From: an archaeon
Lineage (GTDB): Archaea > SpSt-1190 > DYHY01
Direction of reading: 5' to 3'
DNA: 35,143 bases
NCBI GenBank assembly: GCA_043803745.1
Contig: JAZDJS010000051.1
Coordinates: 1-35,143 of the forward strand
A program made the translations under genes and the position numbers. The notes beneath the pieces were generated by a model. The model saw nothing but the letters and a program-made list of their open reading frames with translations, searched no databases and had not been told where the DNA came from. Positions within the stretch are counted from its first letter, which is position 1. Every line of letters starts with the position of its first letter. Of the stretch, positions 9,587-16,826 are shown one piece after another.

Positions 9587-9976
9587 CTATTGCATTTTCC
9601 TTCTTTCCATTTCCCAGACGACGGAAACCTGCTGGGACATCAAATCTATCTTGTCCGAGATAAGCTTGAGCTTTTCCTCAATCCGGGCAAGCCGCTCCTC
9701 GGAAGCTCCCTGTCCCTGTTGCTGCTGTTGGGGCTGGAATTGCTGGGACTGGAACTGCCCCGGGAAGACCTGCTGGGGGTTCTGCTGGCCGAACATCGGG
9801 GAGACGAGCGGCTCGGTCCTGAAAGGCGGCGAAGGCGACGAGAAGTTGTCCTTGAAATTCATCGGAGGCGCGTTAGGGTCGCCCGAGAGCGGCTGGGTTC
9901 CCATGTCCGGGGAGCTCGTCGGCTGGACCGAAGGCGCCTTTGGCCTGAACCTTGCGAGAAGATCTTCCAAAACCAT
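9587..9976 (-). CDS. Hypothetical Pro/Gln-rich protein with C-terminal coiled coil
   Basis: Low-complexity P/Q tract followed by heptad-like LARIEEKLKLISDKIDLMSQQV. Heads a co-oriented three-gene run. Confidence 0.7.
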   Translation of the reverse strand: MVLEDLLARFRPKAPSVQPTSSPDMGTQPLSGDPNAPPMNFKDNFSSPSPPFRTEPLVSPMFGQQNPQQVFPGQFQSQQFQPQQQQQGQGASEERLARIEEKLKLISDKIDLMSQQVSVVWEMERRKMQ

Positions 9977-10272
9977 AGGGAAACGAGGCGCTCCCGATTA
10001 TAAAGAATTTGGGTCGGAGGGCTTTTTCAACTTCTTGCGACAAACAAAAACGTTAGCCCGGTCGCAACAAGGGTGAAAAGAAGCTTGGGCAGCTCGTAGC
10101 TGTGCCAAAGGAAACTCAGCTCCATTTTCTCTCCCGCTCTCCCCCGGGCGGATGCGGCTTTACCGGATATAAAAACTTTGGTATTTTTTTCCAGAAGCTT
10201 TCCCAACCGAGCGGCCGGAAGGCAGGAAAAACCGATTTTTCGCTATTTATGGAACCGGCGAGAAATCCCCTA

Positions 10273-10656
10273 TTATTTCCCGTAGTGGTCGAGGACAGCA
10301 ACTGAAGCGGCCTCAAGGGCTTTCAGGTCAGCTTTCCTGAGGTGGAGCGGGGGGCTTTCCAACGCAGTTCTTGCATCTGACAATGCCCCTGTCGCGAAAT
10401 AGAACAGCGGCCTTTTTTGCCCGTCCGCGCGCTCACGCCTTTCAGAAAAGTGGCAAAGCGACAATGCCCACATTCCAGGGGATTCCGAATATCTGAACTC
10501 GCCTCGGGGGTCCCCGGCCATCCCAAGGAGATTTGAATCATAAGCCTCAAGAGAACGGGTTACATATTCCCATCTTTGTTCCGGCGTCAGATAAAGACCT
10601 GAAGATGCCAGACTGTTTCTGAACCGGATCATCAAGTCTCGGTCAAAAGGAACCAT
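10273..10656 (-). CDS. Hypothetical protein
   Basis: ORF fills the intergenic gap. TTTAAA box about 25 nt upstream on the minus strand. Confidence 0.5.
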   Translation of the reverse strand: MVPFDRDLMIRFRNSLASSGLYLTPEQRWEYVTRSLEAYDSNLLGMAGDPRGEFRYSESPGMWALSLCHFSERRERADGQKRPLFYFATGALSDARTALESPPLHLRKADLKALEAASVAVLDHYGK

Positions 10657-10810
10657 TTTCAAGTGGCCAATAGTTTTGCTTTAAATATCTTTGTTTCTTG
10701 GCCGTTTTGATTGTCCAGTTCCAATCTTCCTGCCGCGCCCGGGAACGCGGCGCAAATCTCCCCGTTTCAGCCCACGTCTAAGCGAACGTTATTAACGCGG
10801 AGTAACGTTA

Positions 10811-11494
10811 ATGCAGGTGGCGAGGGCTTTCTTCAGTGCGATTCTCCCGATTGCAGCGCTTCTGCTTGGCCTGCTCGGATACGGTCCTTCCCCGCAGAAA
10901 GGGCCCGGCAATTATGTCGGGAACCTCCACACGCACACGACCGCATCCGACGGGACCGCGTCATACTCCCAGGTTGTCCGAAGGGCCGCCCGGCTCGGGA
11001 TGGATTTCATCGCAATAACGGACCATGACACGATAAGCCCTGAAACGCTTTTTTACTGCCCGGAAGAGCAGAGAATAAAATGCTTCGTTGGGGAGGAGGT
11101 TTCCACTTCCGACGGGCACGTACTCGCAATCGGGATATACGAGGTGATTCCTCCAGGGCTTTCTGCCGCGGAAACTATTGACCGCATACATGCCCAAGGG
11201 GGTCTTGCAATCCCGGCGCATCCGGGCTATCTTAACATGAGCCTTTTTCCCGGGGAAATCGAGGGGCTTCCCTTCGACGCAGTCGAATGCAACGTGAAGA
11301 CCTGGCAGCCGGGCGTCGGCTATTCCTGCCAGTCCATCAAGGGATTCCCGCGGGTGTATTCCTCGGACGCCCACACCCTTGAGGAGCTTGAGCTCGTTGC
11401 CTCGGAATGCGAGATGACTGGCCTGGATTTCGAGAGCCTGGCTGCCGCGATTGCGTCAGAAAAGTGCGAGGAATATATCCCCGCAGGCCACTGA
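10811..11494 (+). CDS. PHP-domain metallophosphoesterase with N-terminal signal/anchor
   Basis: LHTHT..SDG, ITDHD, GEEVST..GH, AHP and SDAH motifs. Confidence 0.9.
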   Translation: MQVARAFFSAILPIAALLLGLLGYGPSPQKGPGNYVGNLHTHTTASDGTASYSQVVRRAARLGMDFIAITDHDTISPETLFYCPEEQRIKCFVGEEVSTSDGHVLAIGIYEVIPPGLSAAETIDRIHAQGGLAIPAHPGYLNMSLFPGEIEGLPFDAVECNVKTWQPGVGYSCQSIKGFPRVYSSDAHTLEELELVASECEMTGLDFESLAAAIASEKCEEYIPAGH

Positions 11495-11521
11495 GCAGGA
11501 CTCTTTCGAGGGAAGGTAAGA

Positions 11522-11944
11522 CTATTGATTGGAACCCCAAATCCCAGCTTCCTCAAGGACTGACCGGACGCTTTCCGCGCAATCCAGCCCCTTGATTTCC
11601 CCGCATGAGAAAAAGCCCGCTTCAGACAAATCGTCCTTGGGCGAAACTTTCCCGTCACCAACCGGCTTGCAAAGATGAAAGAACACAAGCGTGTGATAAT
11701 CTCCAGGGAGGTTTATTATTTCCCGAAAGCACAGAAAGCGCACAACATCCACCGAAAGACCGGTTTCCTCCGAAATCTCCCGCTTGACAGCATTTTCCAA
11801 GGTTTCCCCCCAGTTAACGCCACCCCCTGGAAGGACCCATTTTCCCCGGTAGTTGACCTTGTTCCGCTTACCGAGGAGAATCCTGCCTTTCCCATCAACG
11901 ACAACAGCAGCGCTCCCGACCTTCGGTCTTTTTTCCTCCGCCAC
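11522..11944 (-). CDS. NUDIX hydrolase
   Basis: Nudix box GGGVNWGETLENAVKREISEETG. GTG start. Confidence 0.9.
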   Translation of the reverse strand: MAEEKRPKVGSAAVVVDGKGRILLGKRNKVNYRGKWVLPGGGVNWGETLENAVKREISEETGLSVDVVRFLCFREIINLPGDYHTLVFFHLCKPVGDGKVSPKDDLSEAGFFSCGEIKGLDCAESVRSVLEEAGIWGSNQ

Positions 11945-12137
11945 GCCGGAAAACCAAGGCAGCCGATTAAAAAACTATTCGCCGGTTTCCGGAAAAAGAA
12001 AGAAGGGGTTTTGAGGGAGTCCTCCCCAGAAGATTTCGGCAAAAGCCTCAACCTCAAGTGCGCGCTTATGCTCAAGTTTGGAATATACCTGGGCGCGAAA
12101 TAAAAAAGTAAGAGCGGTAACGGGGAGTGAATTCAAC

Positions 12138-12193
12138 GTCTCAAGCGGGATTTTGCTCCTCAGAGTATCCGTGCCTCAGCACAGAGAACCCGC
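12138..12193 (-). repeat. Diverged copy of the tRNA-Thr(GGU) T-arm and acceptor 3' strand with a 32-nt twin-hairpin insert in the T-loop
   Basis: Minus strand reads GCGGG TTC [insert 12154-12185] AAAT CCCGC TTGAGAC. The tRNA reads GTGGG TTC AAAT CCCAC TTGAGGC. Confidence 0.75.
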
Positions 12194-12246
12194 CGGTTTT
12201 CTACGCCCGTCAACGGATTTCTTTTTCAAAAGAAATGGGTTGTGCG

Positions 12247-12316
12247 TGGAGCCTCAAGTGGGATTTTCAATGCCGCAGCATTGATCCGTGCCCGGAGGAG
12301 CACGGAGAACCCACGG
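12247..12316 (-). repeat. Copy of the tRNA-Thr(GGU) 3' end including CCA with a 40-nt twin-hairpin insert in the T-loop
   Basis: Minus strand reads CCGTGGG TTC [insert 12267-12306] AAAT CCCAC TTGAGGC T CCA. Matches to the tRNA are 19 bp and 10 bp exact on either side of the insert. Confidence 0.85.
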
Positions 12317-12354
12317 AAAGCAAATCCCGCTGAGGCAGTTATACAAAGAAAAGG

Positions 12355-12426
12355 AGCCTCAAGTGGGATTTGAACCCACGGCCTCGTCCTTACCAAGGAC
12401 GCGCTCTACCGCTGAGCTATTGAGGC
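12355..12426 (-). tRNA. tRNA-Thr (GGU)
   Basis: Cloverleaf: GCCTCAA/TTGAGGC acceptor, GCTC/GAGC D-stem, CGTCC-TT GGT AA-GGACG anticodon arm, GTGGG-TTCAAAT-CCCAC T-arm, U73. Confidence 0.97.
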
Positions 12427-12517
12427 GCGCTCTCAAGCGCGACGAAATCCAGCTTTTTAGCCTTGCTGGATTGAGGCGTTCCTCTTGCTTGCACCTTTCT
12501 TGCCTCGATAGATTCAG

Positions 12518-12562
12518 GCTGAGTGGTCCGCAGACCATCAAGCTCCGCTTGACTATTGAGGC
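12518..12562 (-). repeat. Copy of the tRNA-Thr(GGU) 5' end with a 29-nt twin-hairpin insert between positions 10 and 11
   Basis: Minus strand reads GCCTCAATAG [insert 12524-12552] CTCAGC. The tRNA reads GCCTCAATAGCTCAGC. Confidence 0.75.
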
Positions 12563-12694
12563 GTGCGCGACAGCGCGACGGAAAAACCCACGCTCCGCTT
12601 TAAAAAAGCAGCGAAACCGGCGAGTTAGCTTGGCACGGGCGGTTTTCCCGAGCCAGTTTCCGAGTTTCTATCGACCACTCTAAACTTAGATAGG

Positions 12695-12702
12695 TATATA
12701 AA
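12695..12702 (+). promoter_or_regulatory. TATA box of the copper operon
   Basis: TATATAAA about 20 nt upstream of ATG 12723. Confidence 0.55.
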
Positions 12703-12722
12703 GTGTATCGTCCTGCCAGAAG

Positions 12723-13598
12723 ATGGAAAAAATAGTTCTAAAAATATCTGGAATGCACTGCAATTCATGCGTGACGCGCGTCAGGGAGGCTCTTGAAGCT
12801 GCCGGCGCGAAAGAAGTTTCAATCAGGCTTGCCAAGGGAGGGCTTTCGGAAGTTGCGTTCGTTTCGGGCGGAAAGCCGGAGGAAATCTTCGTGAAGGCAG
12901 TCGAGGCTGAAGGATATTCAATAGGCTCGCATCCAGAGAAAAAGGCTCCGGGCAAGGTCGAGAAATCCGCCGCAATCTGGATTGTTTCGGCTCTCGCGCT
13001 TTTCACGCTTGCAGAATTTGGCGCGCTCTTCCTGTTTTTTGGCAGCTCCTGGCTTGTCCAGAGGGCGCCTTGGGTTTTCCTCCTGAACCTTTCAGCGGCT
13101 CTTTCGGCAGGGACAATTTCCCAGCTCTCGGCATACCGGGGTGAAATATCCTGCATGTCTGGGATGATGCTCGGGATGCTTGCCGGAATGCAGGCGGGAC
13201 TGCTTACCGGCTATGTGCTCGGCGCGACCAACGGATTCTTCGCCGGCGCGCTCTTCTCGACAATATTCGGGATGTTTTTCGGCTGGCTTGCCGGAAGGGG
13301 AAGCGGGCTAATGGGCGCGCTCCAGGGGCTGATGTCCGGCTTCATGGGCGGGGCGATGGGGGCGATGACATCCGTGATGATGGTCGGGTATGGATTCGAG
13401 ATTTTCACGCTCTGGTTTTCCCTGGCAAACGCGGGAATTTTCGCCGGCTTTTTCCCTCTCGTTGTCCAGTATGTTTCGGCGGGAAACGTCGAAGTGCAGA
13501 AATTCTCAGGTGCGGAGTTCCTTGCCCATTTTCTTTCGGCAGCAACTTTCCTTGCAGCAGTCTTTGTTTTCGGGCCGAAGGGCCTTTTGGGGTGGTAG
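12723..13598 (+). CDS. HMA (CopZ-like) domain fused to a Met/Gly-rich multi-pass membrane domain
   Basis: GMHCNSC at the N-terminus. TM segments SCMSGMMLGM and GLMSGFMGGAMGAM. Confidence 0.85.
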   Translation: MEKIVLKISGMHCNSCVTRVREALEAAGAKEVSIRLAKGGLSEVAFVSGGKPEEIFVKAVEAEGYSIGSHPEKKAPGKVEKSAAIWIVSALALFTLAEFGALFLFFGSSWLVQRAPWVFLLNLSAALSAGTISQLSAYRGEISCMSGMMLGMLAGMQAGLLTGYVLGATNGFFAGALFSTIFGMFFGWLAGRGSGLMGALQGLMSGFMGGAMGAMTSVMMVGYGFEIFTLWFSLANAGIFAGFFPLVVQYVSAGNVEVQKFSGAEFLAHFLSAATFLAAVFVFGPKGLLGW

Positions 13599-13603
13599 AA
13601 AAA

Positions 13604-14062
13604 ATGGATGAAGACAAAACGTTCAAGGCTGTTGCGGTCGCCGGCGCCCTTCTGTTTCTGGCGGTTCTCCTAGGAGCCGGATATTTCATCTTCGGTTTCG
13701 GGATAAACCTTCCCGCGCCCGCTCCGAGCCCGGGCAAAACAGTCCAGAGCGCAACGGTTGCAACAAGCCCGATAAGAATCCTTCCAGAAAAACCTGCCGG
13801 GGAAATCCAGAAAGTCGAGCTTACTGCCTCCGGATTAACATATCTCCCCTACCCAGTCGAGCTGAAAGTGGGCGTCCCGGTCGAGCTTTCGATAAGCCCG
13901 AAGGTCTCCTCCTGCCTTGCGACAATGGTCGCGTCCTCCCTTGGCCTGCGGGTTTCCTCCCGGGAGGGACCCGCCTATTTTATACCTGAGAAAGCCGGGG
14001 AATACCAATTCACTTGCTGGATGAACATGGGCAGGGGGAAATTCGTTTTTGTTTCGGAGTGA
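13604..14062 (+). CDS. Membrane-anchored cupredoxin-domain protein (CupA/EfeO-type)
   Basis: N-terminal TM helix. Y.P..VELKVGVPVEL, a Cys, and P.KAGEYQFTCWMNM.RG. Confidence 0.85.
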   Translation: MDEDKTFKAVAVAGALLFLAVLLGAGYFIFGFGINLPAPAPSPGKTVQSATVATSPIRILPEKPAGEIQKVELTASGLTYLPYPVELKVGVPVELSISPKVSSCLATMVASSLGLRVSSREGPAYFIPEKAGEYQFTCWMNMGRGKFVFVSE

Positions 14063-14069
14063 ATGAAAA

Positions 14070-16286
14070 ATGGCTGGCATAAAGACGACGAAAATAGAGC
14101 TGAAGGTTTTCGGGATGCATTGCGCATCCTGCGCGACCGTGATAGGGCGCGCCCTGGAGAAGACTCCAGGGGTAATTGACGCGAACGTCAACCTTGCGAC
14201 CGGCAGGGCAACAATCGAGGTTTCGGATGCGACCGAGGAAGCCTGCGTGAAGTCGGTCGAATCCCGCGGCTATGGGGCGAAGAAAATAGACCCGAACAAT
14301 CCGGATTCTGACCCGACCGGGGAGATTTACGAGCGGCAAATCCGGAACCTGCTGATTTTTTCCGCAGGCTTCACAATCCCGCTTTTCGCGATAGGGATGT
14401 TCCTGATGGAGGGCGCGCCCTTCTTCCTCGGATGGGAATTCCCTAACGCGCTCTTGATAATCGCCATCCTGGCAACGCCCGTGCAGTTCTTCGGGGGGAA
14501 ACTTTTCTACTCCGGCGCTCTGCGGGCTGCCCGGCATTTCACAAGCAACATGGACACCCTTGTCGCGCTCGGGACAAGCGTTGCCTATTTCTACAGCGTT
14601 TTCGCCTTCCTATTCCTCCCCGGGGAAATGCAGTATTTCGAGACGGCAGCGGTCCTAATAACCCTCGTCCTCTTGGGGAAATATCTCGAAGCCCGCGCAA
14701 GGAAGAAGACAAGCGAGGCAATAGGGAAGTTGATTGAAATATCCCCCGAAACCGCAAGGATTGAGCGGAATGGGGAGGAATCCGAAGTCCCGGTTTCCGA
14801 TGTCGAGGCGGGGGACGTTTGCGTTGTAAAGCCCGGGGAGAAAATACCCGTTGATGGGCGAGTAATTTCCGGGAAATCCGCAGTTAACGAAAGCCTTGTC
14901 ACCGGAGAGAGCATGCCCGTTGAAAAGAAGGAGGGCGACCTCGTCCTTGCAGGGACAGTCAACCTTTCCGGCTATCTGAAATTCCAGGCGGAGCGGGTCG
15001 GTGGCGACACGACAATAGCGAGGATAATCAAGCTTGTTGAGGAAGCCCAGGGACGGCGCGCGCCGATTCAGCGGCTAGCCGACGAGATTTCGACCTATTT
15101 CGTCCCTGCAGTTCTGGTAATTTCCCTTGCGACGTTCCTAGTAAGGTTCCTTTTCCTCGGGAACCCCCTCGGGAAGTCGCTTATCACAGCAGTTTCAGTC
15201 CTGGTTATTGCTTGCCCCTGCGCGCTCGGCCTTGCAACGCCAACCGCGATAATGGTCGGAACCGGCAAAAGCGCGAGGAAGGGGATAATTTTCAAGGGCG
15301 GGGATTCCCTTGAGGCAATAAGCAGGGCGAAATATGTTGTTTTCGACAAGACGGGAACGCTGACGAGGGGGATCCCTGAAGTAATCGACCTTGTCCCGCT
15401 TGAGGGATTTTCGGAAGAGACCGTCCTTGAATATGCGCTCTCAGCCGAGAAACAGTCGGAGCATCCCCTCGCAGCTGCGATTTCGGCAAAGGCAATTGAA
15501 AGGGATGTCCGGCTGAAATCCGAGCCCCATGAGTTTTCCTCCGTTTCCGGGAAGGGAGTTTCAGTGAAATATCTCGGGAGAAAAATACTTGTCGGCAGGC
15601 TCGATTTTGCCGTAGCCGGGAAGCTGCCCGGGGAAATCCGGGAAAGGGCAGCCGCGCTGGAAGCGGCAGCGAAAACAGTTGTCCTTGTCTCGGCTGACGG
15701 AATCCCCGCGGGAATTATCGCAATTGCTGACGGGCTCCGGGAAACCTCGAAGGAAACCATTCCCGCGCTGAAGGAAATGGGCATAACTCCCGTTCTCCTG
15801 ACGGGAGATAACGAGGGGACTGCAAAGGCAATCTCAGAAAAGCTCGGAATCGAGAAAGTTTTCTCCCAGGTCCTTCCAGGGGAGAAGATGGAGAGAATCC
15901 GCGAGCTCCAGAAGGAGGGGGTTGTCGCAATGGTCGGGGACGGGATAAACGATGCCCCTGCGCTCGCCCAGGCTGACGTGGGGATTGCAATAGGCTCCGG
16001 AACGGACGTTGCAGTGGAATCCGGCGGGGTGATACTTATGAGAAGCGACCCGCTTGACGTTGTCAGGGCGATAAAGCTCGGAAGATGGACCCTCCAGAAG
16101 ATAAGGGAGAACCTTTTCTGGGCGTTCATCTACAACCTTGTCGGGATACCGGTTGCGGCGCTTGGCCTGCTCACTCCCGAGCTTGCAGGGGGCGCAATGG
16201 CGCTTTCCTCAGTAAGCGTTGTCCTGAACACAATAAGGCCGCCGATTTCGGAAATTTTCAGAAGGAGCGAAAGGGGAGAAAATTGA
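14070..16286 (+). CDS. copA: Cu(I)-translocating P1B-type ATPase
   Basis: [37 protein letters not shown] and MxxSS motifs. Confidence 0.96.
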   Translation: MAGIKTTKIELKVFGMHCASCATVIGRALEKTPGVIDANVNLATGRATIEVSDATEEACVKSVESRGYGAKKIDPNNPDSDPTGEIYERQIRNLLIFSAGFTIPLFAIGMFLMEGAPFFLGWEFPNALLIIAILATPVQFFGGKLFYSGALRAARHFTSNMDTLVALGTSVAYFYSVFAFLFLPGEMQYFETAAVLITLVLLGKYLEARARKKTSEAIGKLIEISPETARIERNGEESEVPVSDVEAGDVCVVKPGEKIPVDGRVISGKSAVNESLVTGESMPVEKKEGDLVLAGTVNLSGYLKFQAERVGGDTTIARIIKLVEEAQGRRAPIQRLADEISTYFVPAVLVISLATFLVRFLFLGNPLGKSLITAVSVLVIACPCALGLATPTAIMVGTGKSARKGIIFKGGDSLEAISRAKYVVFDKTGTLTRGIPEVIDLVPLEGFSEETVLEYALSAEKQSEHPLAAAISAKAIERDVRLKSEPHEFSSVSGKGVSVKYLGRKILVGRLDFAVAGKLPGEIRERAAALEAAAKTVVLVSADGIPAGIIAIADGLRETSKETIPALKEMGITPVLLTGDNEGTAKAISEKLGIEKVFSQVLPGEKMERIRELQKEGVVAMVGDGINDAPALAQADVGIAIGSGTDVAVESGGVILMRSDPLDVVRAIKLGRWTLQKIRENLFWAFIYNLVGIPVAALGLLTPELAGGAMALSSVSVVLNTIRPPISEIFRRSERGEN

Positions 16287-16287
16287 A

Positions 16288-16743
16288 ATGACTGGGAAGA
16301 AAAAAAGTCCGGAGATACAGAACCTCCTCAAGCTCCGGATAATTTTCCTCATAGAAAGCGCGCCAATATGCGGATATACCCTAATGAAGCAGCTTGAGAT
16401 TGCGACCGGGAAAAAAATCTCCCCAAGCCAGGTCTATCCGTTCCTTTCAAGCCTGAGGAAGCAAGGATACGTCTCCGCCGAGACAAGCAGCGGAGGGCGG
16501 GACAAGAAGAGATACTCCCTCACGCCCGAAGGCAGGGAGTTCCTCTCTCAGCTCGTTCCGAAACTGGGCTCGATTGTCGATTTCGCAGTCAAGCACAGGG
16601 TCAAGAAATGCGAGCATTGCCGTGTCGAGATTTACTCTGGCGAGTTCCGGAAGGGTCACAAGTTCTTTTGCTGCCCCCACTGCGCGAAGGCGCATCTGAG
16701 CGAGAAGAAGGAAAATTGCCGTTGCTCAGTTGCGGCGCCGTGA
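16288..16743 (+). CDS. PadR-family regulator with C-terminal Cys-rich (TRASH-like) metal-binding domain
   Basis: Winged helix GYTLMK...SPSQVYPFL..L...G...KKRYSLTPEG, then CEHC...FCCPHC...CRC. Confidence 0.85.
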   Translation: MTGKKKSPEIQNLLKLRIIFLIESAPICGYTLMKQLEIATGKKISPSQVYPFLSSLRKQGYVSAETSSGGRDKKRYSLTPEGREFLSQLVPKLGSIVDFAVKHRVKKCEHCRVEIYSGEFRKGHKFFCCPHCAKAHLSEKKENCRCSVAAP

Positions 16744-16826
16744 CGGACCCCCGCCCCATTTAGATGCGGGTAGTCCAGAAAAAGGAACAGGCCAAGCGTT
16801 TCAAGGCGCCCGTCCGGGAAGAATAA

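Noticed and set aside
12247-12316. T-loop inserts as archaeal tRNA introns or split-tRNA halves
   Set aside because: I could not draw a bulge-helix-bulge whose cleavage restores TTCAAAT. The copies lack anticodon arms, and intact genes are adjacent.
12040-12570. CRISPR array
   Set aside because: The repeats are tRNA-derived, irregular in length and spacing, and no cas genes are present.
12078-12683. ORFs across the tRNA-Thr regions (also 32101-32526 and 33985-34525)
   Set aside because: They overlap tRNA genes and palindromic repeats and show no protein motifs.
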